This document shows positions 1-8,688 of a stretch of DNA of 64,000 nt, piece after piece. The notes beneath the pieces were generated by a model. It was not told the DNA's origin. It saw nothing but the letters and a program-made list of their open reading frames with translations, and made no database searches. Numbering within the stretch: position 1 is the first letter of the stretch; each line of letters starts with the position of its first letter. The position numbers were made by a program, and so were the translations under genes. The stretch is from Bacteroidales bacterium (GTDB lineage: Bacteria; Bacteroidota; Bacteroidia; Bacteroidales; Paludibacteraceae): assembly GCA_022777485.1 (NCBI GenBank), contig JALFGC010000051.1, positions 10,273 through 74,272 of the forward strand. Reading direction: 5' to 3'.

Positions 1-1832
1 CCGCTCACGCCAGTAACGGCGGTCATCACATTCAGCGGAAAGCGGACATTCAGGTTCTTCAGGTTGTTCTCGCAGGCACCGTCTATCTCGATGTAATTGC
101 TCCAATGGCGGCGCATGGCAGGCACCTCGTGATCGAAGAGGTCTTTGCGAGGCTTGCCTTCGTAGGTGATTTCGCCGCCGTGCCGTCCCGCCGCGGGACC
201 AATCTCTATCGTGTAGTCTGCCGCGTTGATGATATCTTCGTCGTGCTCCACCACCACGATGGTGTTGCCTAAGTCGCGTAACTCACGCAGCACCTTGATA
301 AGTCGTTCGGTGTCGCGCGGGTGCAAGCCGATGGAGGGTTCGTCCAGCACATAGAGCGAGCCTACGAGACTGCTGCCGAGCGATTTCGCGAGCGTGATAC
401 GCTGGCTCTCGCCGCCCGAGAGGGTGCTGCTCATGCGGTTGAGCGTCAGGTAGCCGAGCCCCACGTCCTGCATGAACTGCAAGCGCGAGCGTATCTCCTT
501 GAGCAGCATGTCCGCTGTCTGTTGCTCTATCGGGCTGAGTGTCAATTGGTCAAACCACTGCGTGAGGTCGTGTACCGACATGCCGCATAGGTCTTCTATG
601 CTCATCTGCTGAATCTTCACATAGCCCGCTTCTTTGCGCAGGCGCGTGCCGTTGCAATCGGGGCAGATGGTCTTCCCGCGGTAGCGCGAGAGCAACACGC
701 GGTATTGTATCTTCTTGTATTGTTTCTCTTCCAACTCGCGGAAGAAGGCGTTCAGCCCGCGGAAATGCTCGTTGCCCGTCCAGATAAGGTGTTTCTGCTC
801 GGACGTGAGTTCGTAGAAAGGCTTGTGGATAGGGAAATCGAACAGGTGGGCGCTGTACACCAACTCATCGCGCCATGCACTTAGTTTCTCGCCTTTCCAG
901 CAGGCTATGGCTTCATCGTACACCGACTTCGACTTATCGGGCACCACCAAATCGGGGTCTATGCCGATGATATTCCCAAACCCGTTGCACGTGGGGCATG
1001 CGCCCATGGGACTGTTGAAGTCAAACAAGTGCTCCGTGGGCTCCACAAAACGGATACCGTCCATCTCGAAGCGCTCGCAGAACCACTCGTATTGCCCGTC
1101 GTGGTAGAGCCCGCAGTCGCCATGCCCCTCGAAGAAAGCCGTCTGCACCGAGTCGGCAAAGCGGTTCGCCGTGGCGCGTTCCCCATCGGCTACCACGCGG
1201 TCAACCAGCAGGTAACAATCCGGCAGCAACCGCCCTTGCTCGTCGCACAGATGTGCAGCCGCAGATGCGCCCATACGCACCACATCACCGCCTATCAGCA
1301 AGCGGGAGAAGCCCTCCGACTGCCAGATGGAGAGTTGGTCGTCTATGCTCTTCTCGCCGAGCACGATAGGTGCAATCAGATACACCTTTGTGCCTGTCGG
1401 CAGTTGCATCAGTGCATTCACCACATCACGCCCCGTCTTCCGCCTTACCTCCTGCCCGCTGATGGGCGAATAGGTCTTGCCTATGCGGGCGAAAAGCAAT
1501 TTTAAGTAATCGTATATCTCCGTAACCGTCCCCACTGTGGAGCGTGGGTTGCGGCTCGTTACTTTCTGTTGAATGGCGATAGCAGGCGGGATACCCTCTA
1601 TCTTATCCACCTCCGGCTTCTGCATCCTGCCGAGGAACTGCCGCGCATAGGCGCTTAGGCTCTCCACATAGCGGCGCTGCCCTTCGGCATAGAGCGTATC
1701 AAACGCCAACGACGACTTGCCGCTGCCGCTCACGCCCGTTATCACCACCAACTTGTTGCGCGGGATGTCCACCGACACGCCTTTCAAGTTATGGGTCTGC
1801 GCATTCTCAATATGGATAAAATCCTCGGACAC
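1..1832 (-). CDS. uvrA: Excinuclease ABC subunit A (UvrA), N-terminal ~610 aa; C-terminal part lies beyond the window start
   Basis: Absent from the ORF track because there is no stop in the window. My translation of the minus strand from GTG 1832 reads VSEDFIHIENAQTHNLKGVSVDIPRNKLVVITGVSGSGKSSLAFDTLYAEGQRRYVESLSAYARQFLGRM. Also present: zinc fingers CPTCNGFG and CPDCNGTR, ABC signature LSGGESQRITLA, and LYVLDEPS. Confidence 0.93.
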   Translation of the reverse strand, partial: MSEDFIHIENAQTHNLKGVSVDIPRNKLVVITGVSGSGKSSLAFDTLYAEGQRRYVESLSAYARQFLGRMQKPEVDKIEGIPPAIAIQQKVTSRNPRSTVGTVTEIYDYLKLLFARIGKTYSPISGQEVRRKTGRDVVNALMQLPTGTKVYLIAPIVLGEKSIDDQLSIWQSEGFSRLLIGGDVVRMGASAAAHLCDEQGRLLPDCYLLVDRVVADGERATANRFADSVQTAFFEGHGDCGLYHDGQYEWFCERFEMDGIRFVEPTEHLFDFNSPMGACPTCNGFGNIIGIDPDLVVPDKSKSVYDEAIACWKGEKLSAWRDELVYSAHLFDFPIHKPFYELTSEQKHLIWTGNEHFRGLNAFFRELEEKQYKKIQYRVLLSRYRGKTICPDCNGTRLRKEAGYVKIQQMSIEDLCGMSVHDLTQWFDQLTLSPIEQQTADMLLKEIRSRLQFMQDVGLGYLTLNRMSSTLSGGESQRITLAKSLGSSLVGSLYVLDEPSIGLHPRDTERLIKVLRELRDLGNTIVVVEHDEDIINAADYTIEIGPAAGRHGGEITYEGKPRKDLFDHEVPAMRRHWSNYIEIDGACENNLKNLNVRFPLNVMTAVTGVS

Positions 1833-3007
1833 TATCTATTCCTATTTATTGCATTCTCTTTCAGCCGCAGCATTACCTCTCGGGTAGTTTGCAGTGTGGT
1901 GTCTCGCTGCTCCGTAGTGAGGCGGGGGATACGGATAGGCGTACCCACACGAATCTCATTCGGATTGCCTAAATGGTCTTTGTTGGCATCGTAGATATAC
2001 ACCCACAAGTCTTTATTGCCGTAGTAGCGGTATGCAAGCCATGTCAAGCGGCTACCCTCGCGAATCTCCTCGGTGGCTATAAACTGCTGATATACGGGCA
2101 ACTCCGGTGCATTCTCTATCACCGCTGTATCCTCTACCACCTCTTCCACCATAGGTGTTGAGGGTATTGCCACCACCGTGTCTGTCGCCACCGGCTCTCT
2201 CTTTGCCACCAGCGAGTCTATCCAATTCGCCATGGCTCCGCGCAAGAACAAGAAACCGCCTGCCAACACCACCAGCAGACACACCACACATATCAGCGTA
2301 TCGCGCAAGAAATGGTATTTTCTTTCCTTTCTTTCCTTGCTCACTTTTTGCTCTTTGGGCGCAACAATTTCCTCTATTGGCTCTACAACTGGCTCCTCCT
2401 TTGGTTTTTCAGCAGACTCTTCCGCAGGCTTAGATACTTCCTCCGCGGCTTCTTCCACAACTTCTTCCGGCTCAGCAACCGCCTCCACAGCAACTTCCTC
2501 CTCTGCCACAGTAGCCGAAGCAGCAACCTCCGTAGAATCACTTTCCTTCTCCTCTTCCATCGCTATGGGCGTACGCGGGTCTTGCCCAAGGTCTGCTAAA
2601 ATGCCCACTATCTCGTCAGCCTGCCGCCCCAGTTTCTCCAACGGGCTCAACGCTTCCTCGTCCACAGGGGCTGCCGAAGTATCAGCATTCAGGTTCACGA
2701 TAGGAGTTACGCTCTTGTTCTTCTCCACCATCTCCCGCATGCTCACCTCAGGCGCGAACACCACTTTGGTATAACCGGGGATAATGAATGGCTCGCCTGT
2801 GTTCACATTCACGCTCTTGCGCGGCGCCATCTCTTGCAGACGGAATGTCCCTAACCCATTGATTTTTATCTGTTCACCGCCTTGCAAGCCTGCTATTATC
2901 TGCTCTACCAGCACGCGGAGAAACAAATTCGCTTCCCGCTCCGTTGCGTCCGTCCTATCTATTATTGCCTGACGCAAATGCACATTATTTAGTTTGTTAT
3001 CAGCCAC
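1832..3007 (-). CDS. HU-fold DNA-binding domain, acidic linker, one TM helix and a LysM-like domain in one protein
   Basis: The N-terminus contains GLGTFRLQEMAPRKSVNVNTGEPFIIPGYTKVVFAPE (HU/IHF-like). An E/A/V/P-rich linker follows, then KERKERK and the TM helix LICVVCLLVVLAGGFLFL. The C-terminus is YRYYGNKDLWVYIYDANKDHLGNPNEIRVGTPIRIP (LysM-like). The stop TAG overlaps the uvrA GTG. Confidence 0.8.
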   Translation of the reverse strand: MADNKLNNVHLRQAIIDRTDATEREANLFLRVLVEQIIAGLQGGEQIKINGLGTFRLQEMAPRKSVNVNTGEPFIIPGYTKVVFAPEVSMREMVEKNKSVTPIVNLNADTSAAPVDEEALSPLEKLGRQADEIVGILADLGQDPRTPIAMEEEKESDSTEVAASATVAEEEVAVEAVAEPEEVVEEAAEEVSKPAEESAEKPKEEPVVEPIEEIVAPKEQKVSKERKERKYHFLRDTLICVVCLLVVLAGGFLFLRGAMANWIDSLVAKREPVATDTVVAIPSTPMVEEVVEDTAVIENAPELPVYQQFIATEEIREGSRLTWLAYRYYGNKDLWVYIYDANKDHLGNPNEIRVGTPIRIPRLTTEQRDTTLQTTREVMLRLKENAINRNR

Positions 3008-3015
3008 CTGTTATC

Positions 3016-3294
3016 TCAATTAAATACTTCTTTTAAGGTACTAACCGGTTTGAATGTCAGTTGTTGTTTAGCGGGTATCACTTGCCGCTCGCCGGTCTTC
3101 GGGTGCACATTCACGCGCTCGCTGCGCTCTCGCACCTCAAACACGCCTAACCCCTGTATCGACACGCTCTTGTCCGCCATCAAGGCATCGCGCATCTCGG
3201 CAGTGAGTGCACCTACCATATCTTCCGTCAGGCTCTTCGAAAGTCCCGAACTCGCCGCTATCTTATTTATCAGTTCTTTTGTAAGCATGGTCAT
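3016..3294 (-). CDS. HU/IHF family DNA-binding protein (92 aa)
   Basis: Contains LTKELINKIAASSGLSKSLTEDMVGAL...IQGLGVFEVRERSERVNVHPKTGERQVIPAKQQLTFKP, the typical HU fold signature and size. Confidence 0.88.
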   Translation of the reverse strand: MTMLTKELINKIAASSGLSKSLTEDMVGALTAEMRDALMADKSVSIQGLGVFEVRERSERVNVHPKTGERQVIPAKQQLTFKPVSTLKEVFN

Positions 3295-3309
3295 AATGAT
3301 TTAAAGTGT

Positions 3310-4608
3310 TTATTGCACCTCTCCGTAGAGGTCAAACTCCTCCGCGCGAGTAATCCGCACAAGATAGAACTGCCCCACATCCAGCGGCGTTTGTTTCTCT
3401 ATCAGCACTTCGCAGTCCACCTCCGGCGAGTCGTATTGTGTCCGCCCAATGTAGTAATCGCCTTCCTCGCGGTCTATTACCACATTCTCCACTGTCCCCA
3501 CTTTCTTCTCTTCCAACTCGCGCGAAATCTCCTGCTGAATAGCCATTATCTCCGCTACACGCTGTTCCTTCACCGCTTGCGGAATGTCGTCCGTGTAATG
3601 CAGATTGGCATAGGTGCCCTCTTCATCGGAGTATGCGAATGCCCCCATGCGGTCAAACCGCATCTCGCGCACCCACGCCTTCAGCTCCTCAAAGTCCTCC
3701 TCCGTCTCCCCTGGATGCCCCACCAGCAGCGTCGTGCGGATACATATCCCGGGTACCGCCTCGCGTATCTTGTGGATAAGCGCGTCCTGCTCTGCGCGTG
3801 TGATATGCCGCCGCATCAGCCCCAACATATGGTCGGTGCAATGCTGCAACGCGATATCCAAGTACTTGCACACATTCGCATGCTTCGCCATCACCGCCAA
3901 CAACTCCTCTGGAAAATCCGTCGGATAAGCGTAATGCAACCGTATCCATTCCACGCCCGCTATGCCCGCCATCTCGTCCACCAACTCCGGCAGACAATGC
4001 CGCCCGTATAAGTCCAGCCCATAAGACGACAAGTCTTGTGCAATCACATTCAGTTCTTTCACGCCCTTGCTCACCAGCCACCTAACCTCATCCAGTATCT
4101 CTTCTTTCCGCCGCGAGGTATGCCTGCCTGTTATCAGCGGTATCGCGCAGTACGAGCAGAAGCGGTTGCAACCCTCCGAAATCTTCAGATACGCATAGTG
4201 CGCAGGCGTCGTCAGCACGCGCTCCTGTTGGCAGGTCATCGGCTGCTGAAGGGCACTCAACTCCTCCACCAATTGCATGAAATTGAACTTCCCGAACCAC
4301 TTATCCACCTCCGGTATCTCTTGCTCCAACTCGTGCAGATAGCGCTCCGACAAACACCCCATCACGTACAGCCGCCGCAGTTTCCCCGCCGTCTTCCGCG
4401 CCGCAAACTCCAGTATCATGTTGATACTCTCCTCCTTGGCATCGCCGATGAATCCGCAGGTGTTGATAACGGCTATCTCGCCCTTTGGCTCCTCCGCGTC
4501 ATGCACACACCGATACCCTGCCAACTCCAATTGGCGCATCAGTCGCTCGGCATCCACAAGGTTCTTAGAACAACCCAAAGTAACTATATCAATCTCATTC
4601 TTGTGCAT
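3310..4608 (-). CDS. rimO: Ribosomal protein S12 methylthiotransferase RimO (radical SAM, TRAM C-terminus)
   Basis: The N-terminus is IDIVTLGCSKNLVDAERLMRQLELAGY. The radical SAM motif is CNRFCSYCAIP. The 432-aa length is typical of RimO rather than MiaB. Confidence 0.88.
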   Translation of the reverse strand: MHKNEIDIVTLGCSKNLVDAERLMRQLELAGYRCVHDAEEPKGEIAVINTCGFIGDAKEESINMILEFAARKTAGKLRRLYVMGCLSERYLHELEQEIPEVDKWFGKFNFMQLVEELSALQQPMTCQQERVLTTPAHYAYLKISEGCNRFCSYCAIPLITGRHTSRRKEEILDEVRWLVSKGVKELNVIAQDLSSYGLDLYGRHCLPELVDEMAGIAGVEWIRLHYAYPTDFPEELLAVMAKHANVCKYLDIALQHCTDHMLGLMRRHITRAEQDALIHKIREAVPGICIRTTLLVGHPGETEEDFEELKAWVREMRFDRMGAFAYSDEEGTYANLHYTDDIPQAVKEQRVAEIMAIQQEISRELEEKKVGTVENVVIDREEGDYYIGRTQYDSPEVDCEVLIEKQTPLDVGQFYLVRITRAEEFDLYGEVQ

Positions 4609-4630
4609 AACACTATCCGAAAACCGACCA

Positions 4631-6847
4631 TTAATTCCCCAAATCGCAGTGGAACTGTATCCTTACCAGCCGCACATGTATCTCGTCGTAGTAGTCCTCG
4701 CCCAACTCCTCCATCGCGGTCTTGATATCGTCGCTCTCGGCGTTCTTAAAGTAGTCGTATATCTCCTCTTCCTCGTCGGCGTCCACTACTTCCTCTAAGA
4801 AGTACTTGATATTCACCTTTGTACCCGCGAACACGATCCCCTCCAACTCATCCAGCATCTCCTCCATCGACATACCCAGCGAGTCCGCCAACTCGTCCAA
4901 GTCCACGCGCCTATCTATCGCCGCGATAATCTGCCGCTTGCGCGATGATTTCTTCGCCACCGTACGTATCCGCAGGTCTTCGGGACGGATAATCTCGTTC
5001 TCGTTCACATACTCCTTTATCACGCGCAGGAACTCCTCCCCGTAGCGTTTCGCCTTGCTCAAGCCCACGCCCGGGATGTTCAGCAACTCCTCCATCGTAA
5101 TAGGATAGGTCGTCGCCATCGCCTCCAGAGATGGGTCTTGGAATATAACGAACGGCGGCACATCACATTTCTTCGCCATCTTCCGCCGCACATCCTTCAG
5201 TATTGAGAATAGCACATCATCCGCTGCCGCGCAGGTCGCCACACCCGTATCCATGCTGTCCGACTCCTCGTCTTTCACCTCTATCGGCACCTCAAAACGC
5301 CCGCCGCGCTTCATGTACTTGCGCCCGTCAGCAGTAATCTTCAGGTCGCCGTAACTCTCTATATCCTTGCTCAGAAAACCGCTCAGCATTGCCTGCCGCA
5401 CTATCGCCAGCAGCACCGCCTCGTCCACATCCGACGCTGCGCCGAAGTTCTCCAGCTCCTTGTGCTTGTAGCTCAATACCGCCGCCGTCTCGTTTCCGTG
5501 CAGGATATCCACGATATGCTCCGCCTTGAACTTCTCGTTCACCTGCTGTATCGTCTCCAGCACCAGCCCCAGCAGCTCCGAGCAGTCCTCCATGCGGTAT
5601 GTCTTTCGGCAGTTGTCGCAGTTGCCGCAGTTGTCTTTGTCGTACTCCTCGCCGAAATAGTGTAGCAGCAACTTCCGCCGGCATACTATCGACTCTGCAT
5701 ACGACTGCGTCTCAAACAGCAACTGATTGCCTATCTCTATCTCCTTCACGGGCTTGTCTTTCTGGAACTTACGCAGCCGCTCTATATCTTCCGGCGAGTA
5801 GAAGCATATACACTGCCCTTCGCCGCCGTCTCTGCCCGCGCGACCCGTCTCCTGATAGTAACCTTCCAGCGACTTCGGCACATTGTAATGCACCACAAAC
5901 CGCACATCCGGCTTGTCGATACCCATGCCGAACGCTATCGTCGCCACTATCACCTGACACTCTTCCATCAAGAACGCATCCTGATTAGCGCTCCGCTGCT
6001 CCGCGTCCATACCCGCATGGTACGCCCGCGCGGAAATACCGTTCACGCGTAGCACCTCCGCCAAGTCCTCCACCTCCTTGCGCGACAGGCAGTAAATGAT
6101 ACCCGACTTCCCCTCCATCGAACGCACATACTTCACCACCTCCTTGTCCACATCGCTCGTCTTCTGACGCACCTCATAGTACAGGTTCGGACGGTTGAAC
6201 GAACTCTTGAACACCGTCGCCCCCACTATATCAAGGTTCTTCTGAATATCTTTCTGCACTTTCGGTGTCGCCGTCGCCGTCAGCGCGATTATCGGCGCCC
6301 TGCCTATCCGCTTCACCATGTCGCGGATATGGCTGTACTCCGGACGGAAGTCATGCCCCCACTCCGAGATACAGTGCGCCTCATCCACCGCATAGAACGA
6401 AATCTTCACGTTCTTCAGGAAGTCCACATTCTCGTTCTTCTGCAGGCTCTCCGGCGCCAAGTACAGCAGTTTCGTCCTGCCCTCCGTTACATCCTTCTTC
6501 ACCTCGTGTATCTGCGGACGCGACAGCGACGAGTTGATATAATGTGCCACCCCGGGCACATCCGAGTAGTTGCGCATCGCATCCACCTGATTCTTCATCA
6601 AGGCGATAAGCGGAGAGATAACAATCCCCACGCCGTCCATCATCAACGACGGCAACTGAAAGCACAGACTCTTGCCGCCACCCGTAGGCATCAGCACAAA
6701 CGAGTCCTTCCCCTCCATCACGTTGCGGATAATGGCTTCCTGATTCCCTTTGAACGAATCAAAGCCGAAATAGCGCTGCAGCGCCTCTATCAATTCTTCA
6801 TGCGTTACTGACATATAGTTAGTATTACATTGTTTCTGTATGTTCAC
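4631..6847 (-). CDS. recQ: ATP-dependent DNA helicase RecQ
   Basis: Motifs present: FGFDSFKGNQEAII, PTGGGKSLCFQLP, DEAHCISEWGHDFRPEY, a zinc-binding CRRKLLLHYFGE...CGNCDNC, and a C-terminal HRDC-like region. The ORF starts at GTG 6847. ATG 6814 (MSVTHEEL...) is an equally plausible start. Confidence 0.92.
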   Translation of the reverse strand: MNIQKQCNTNYMSVTHEELIEALQRYFGFDSFKGNQEAIIRNVMEGKDSFVLMPTGGGKSLCFQLPSLMMDGVGIVISPLIALMKNQVDAMRNYSDVPGVAHYINSSLSRPQIHEVKKDVTEGRTKLLYLAPESLQKNENVDFLKNVKISFYAVDEAHCISEWGHDFRPEYSHIRDMVKRIGRAPIIALTATATPKVQKDIQKNLDIVGATVFKSSFNRPNLYYEVRQKTSDVDKEVVKYVRSMEGKSGIIYCLSRKEVEDLAEVLRVNGISARAYHAGMDAEQRSANQDAFLMEECQVIVATIAFGMGIDKPDVRFVVHYNVPKSLEGYYQETGRAGRDGGEGQCICFYSPEDIERLRKFQKDKPVKEIEIGNQLLFETQSYAESIVCRRKLLLHYFGEEYDKDNCGNCDNCRKTYRMEDCSELLGLVLETIQQVNEKFKAEHIVDILHGNETAAVLSYKHKELENFGAASDVDEAVLLAIVRQAMLSGFLSKDIESYGDLKITADGRKYMKRGGRFEVPIEVKDEESDSMDTGVATCAAADDVLFSILKDVRRKMAKKCDVPPFVIFQDPSLEAMATTYPITMEELLNIPGVGLSKAKRYGEEFLRVIKEYVNENEIIRPEDLRIRTVAKKSSRKRQIIAAIDRRVDLDELADSLGMSMEEMLDELEGIVFAGTKVNIKYFLEEVVDADEEEEIYDYFKNAESDDIKTAMEELGEDYYDEIHVRLVRIQFHCDLGN

Positions 6848-6850
6848 TAA

Positions 6851-6930
6851 ACTCCCCCACCCTACTTTGTATATCCCGATTGGTCGGGATGGGGAAGCAG
6901 TAAGGGGGCGGGGCTTCTCCCCCTAAATTG
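6851..6930. repeat. Compound GC-rich hairpin cluster in the recQ leader (related to the CTCCC/GGGAG element family, plus an ATCCCGA-TTGG-TCGGGAT hairpin)
   Basis: The sequence is actcccccaccctac...atcccgattggtcgggatgggg...aagggggcggggcttctccccctaa. A sibling ATCCCGAT hairpin lies at 37079-37099. Confidence 0.6.
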
Positions 6931-6934
6931 TTTG

Positions 6935-6942
6935 CAAAGGTA
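6935..6942 (-). promoter_or_regulatory. Bacteroidetes-type -7 box TACCTTTG (minus strand), candidate recQ promoter
   Basis: Forward caaaggta is the reverse complement of TACCTTTG and matches the TAnnTTTG consensus. It lies 88 nt upstream of recQ GTG 6847. Confidence 0.5.
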
Positions 6943-7016
6943 AGCAATAATTTTTAGATATGCAAATTTTTTCAACGAAAAAAAATAAAAAACTTGCACA
7001 CCCCAAAAAAAAGCAC

Positions 7017-7024
7017 TACCTTTG
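7017..7024 (+). promoter_or_regulatory. -7 box TACCTTTG, candidate promoter of the MFS transporter gene
   Basis: Exact TAnnTTTG match, AT-rich upstream. It leaves a ~230-nt leader before ATG 7262. Confidence 0.5.
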
Positions 7025-7101
7025 CAGGCGCTTTCTTAATTTCGCCGCAGTGTATCCCCCGCACATTCGCCGAAAGTAAACCGAGACAAAACCATGCCAA
7101 A

Positions 7102-7134
7102 CTTGGGTGATTCTTGGGTGATTGTCGGGTGCTT
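7102..7134 (+). repeat. 11-bp tandem repeat x3 (cttgggtgatt, cttgggtgatt, gtcgggtgctt)
   Basis: Read directly. It is followed by tgacgg words at 7144, 7155 and 7177, spaced 11 and 22 nt apart. Confidence 0.8.
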
Positions 7135-7261
7135 AACGAGACTTGACGGAGACATGACGGATACCCGGCAGATTCCTGACGGTAGCCCAACAGTAGCCTG
7201 AAAGCAACATACACAAACCCTTCTGCAACAACAAAACAACGATACTAAACAATCAACAAAC

Positions 7262-8611
7262 ATGGAAAACAAATCAACCAACCGCTCGTTTGCGCAACTC
7301 TTTAACCTCAGTTTCGGGTTCTTCGGCGTGCAGATAGCCTATGCCCTCCAGTCGGCTAACATCTCGCGTATCTTCGCCACTCTCGGCGCAGACCCCCATC
7401 AACTCTCTTTCTTCTGGATTCTGCCCCCACTCATGGGTATGATTGTACAGCCCCTCATCGGTCTTCTTTCCGACAAGACTTGGCTCGGACCCATCTTCGG
7501 TCGTCGTAAGTTCTACCTTCTTATCGGCGCTGTCATCGCCGTGGCGGTGATGATTCTGCTCCCCAACGCGGGTAACTTCACCTTCGAGCAGAGTGCTTTC
7601 CTCGGGCTTAACGCCGCCATGTGGTTCGGGCTCTTCTCCCTCATGTTCCTCGACACCTCTATCAACATCGCCATGCAGCCCTTCAAGATGATGGTCGGCG
7701 ACACGGTCAATGAGGAGCAGAAAGGTACTGCCTATGCCATCCAGTCTGCGCTCTGCAACGCCGGCTCACTCGTAGGCTACCTCTTCCCTATCTTCTTCAC
7801 ATGGATTGGTCTCGCCAATACCGCTCCCGACGGCGTCATTCCCGACTCTGTCAAGTGGAGTTTCTACATCGGTGCCGCCATCCTCATCCTCTGCGTCCTC
7901 TATACTTTCTTCGCTGTGCGTGAAATGGACCCCAAAGAGTACGCTGAGTTCCACGGTATCAAAGAGAACACCGCCAAAGCCGACAGCAAGGACGACAACA
8001 AGCGTATCATCCTCGCTTTCTTGACAATCGGTCTCGTGCAGTTCTTCTGCTGGGCAGCGTTCATGTATATGTGGACCTACTCCAACGGTGCCATCGCTTC
8101 CCAATGCTTCGGCTGGGATGGTGTGAACACTGCCGCAAGTGCTTTCCAAGACGCAGGCAACTGGGTAGGTGTATGCTTTGCTATTCAGGCTGTCGGCTCT
8201 CTCCTCTGGGCAGCCCTCCTCCCTGCCATCGAGCATAAGATAGGCAACAAAGGTGCATACATCCTCTCGCTCATCGTCGGCGGTATCGGCTTCATCTCCA
8301 TCTTCTGGGTACACGACCCCTATGTCCTTTGGTTGAGTTACGCCCTCATCGGCGCAGCGTGGGCAGCCATGCTCGCATTGCCCTTCACCCTCTTCACCAA
8401 CGCCATCGAAGGCAGCAGCAAGATGGGTACCCTCCTCGGGCTCTTCAACTGCACCATCTGCTTGCCCCAAATAGTGGCTGCCCTCTGCGGAGGCTTGCTC
8501 TTGAAAGGTTGCTGCCACGACTCCCAAGCCGCCATGCTCGTAGTAGCCGGCATCCTCCTCTTCCTCGGTGCCCTCTCCGTCTTCCTTATCCAAGAAAAGA
8601 AAACTAACTAA
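7262..8611 (+). CDS. MFS sugar transporter, SLC45/GPH-like (12 TM)
   Basis: Contains FGFFGVQIAYALQSANISRIF, PPLMGMIVQPLIGLLSDKTW and GRRKFYLLIGA, with multiple hydrophobic helices. 449 aa. Confidence 0.8.
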   Translation: MENKSTNRSFAQLFNLSFGFFGVQIAYALQSANISRIFATLGADPHQLSFFWILPPLMGMIVQPLIGLLSDKTWLGPIFGRRKFYLLIGAVIAVAVMILLPNAGNFTFEQSAFLGLNAAMWFGLFSLMFLDTSINIAMQPFKMMVGDTVNEEQKGTAYAIQSALCNAGSLVGYLFPIFFTWIGLANTAPDGVIPDSVKWSFYIGAAILILCVLYTFFAVREMDPKEYAEFHGIKENTAKADSKDDNKRIILAFLTIGLVQFFCWAAFMYMWTYSNGAIASQCFGWDGVNTAASAFQDAGNWVGVCFAIQAVGSLLWAALLPAIEHKIGNKGAYILSLIVGGIGFISIFWVHDPYVLWLSYALIGAAWAAMLALPFTLFTNAIEGSSKMGTLLGLFNCTICLPQIVAALCGGLLLKGCCHDSQAAMLVVAGILLFLGALSVFLIQEKKTN

Positions 8612-8617
8612 CACCTA

Positions 8618-8688
8618 TTCCCTCCCTTCGTGGGGTCCCCGCAAGCAACGCGCAGTGGGGTGAACTTAGGGAGGGTTAGGATGGGTCT
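8618..8688 (+). repeat. CTCCC/GGGAG element copy with an expanded loop
   Basis: The sequence is ttccctccc (8618-8626), a 42-nt loop, gggaggg (8669-8675), then ttag and gatgggtctta. ATG 8681 lies inside the third segment. Confidence 0.7.

Noticed and set aside
7766-8614. 282-aa minus-strand ORF antisense to the MFS transporter gene
   Set aside because: The product is an acidic, low-complexity translation with no motifs. It lies fully inside a well-supported 12-TM gene on the other strand. Long antisense ORFs of this kind are expected in GC-rich coding DNA.
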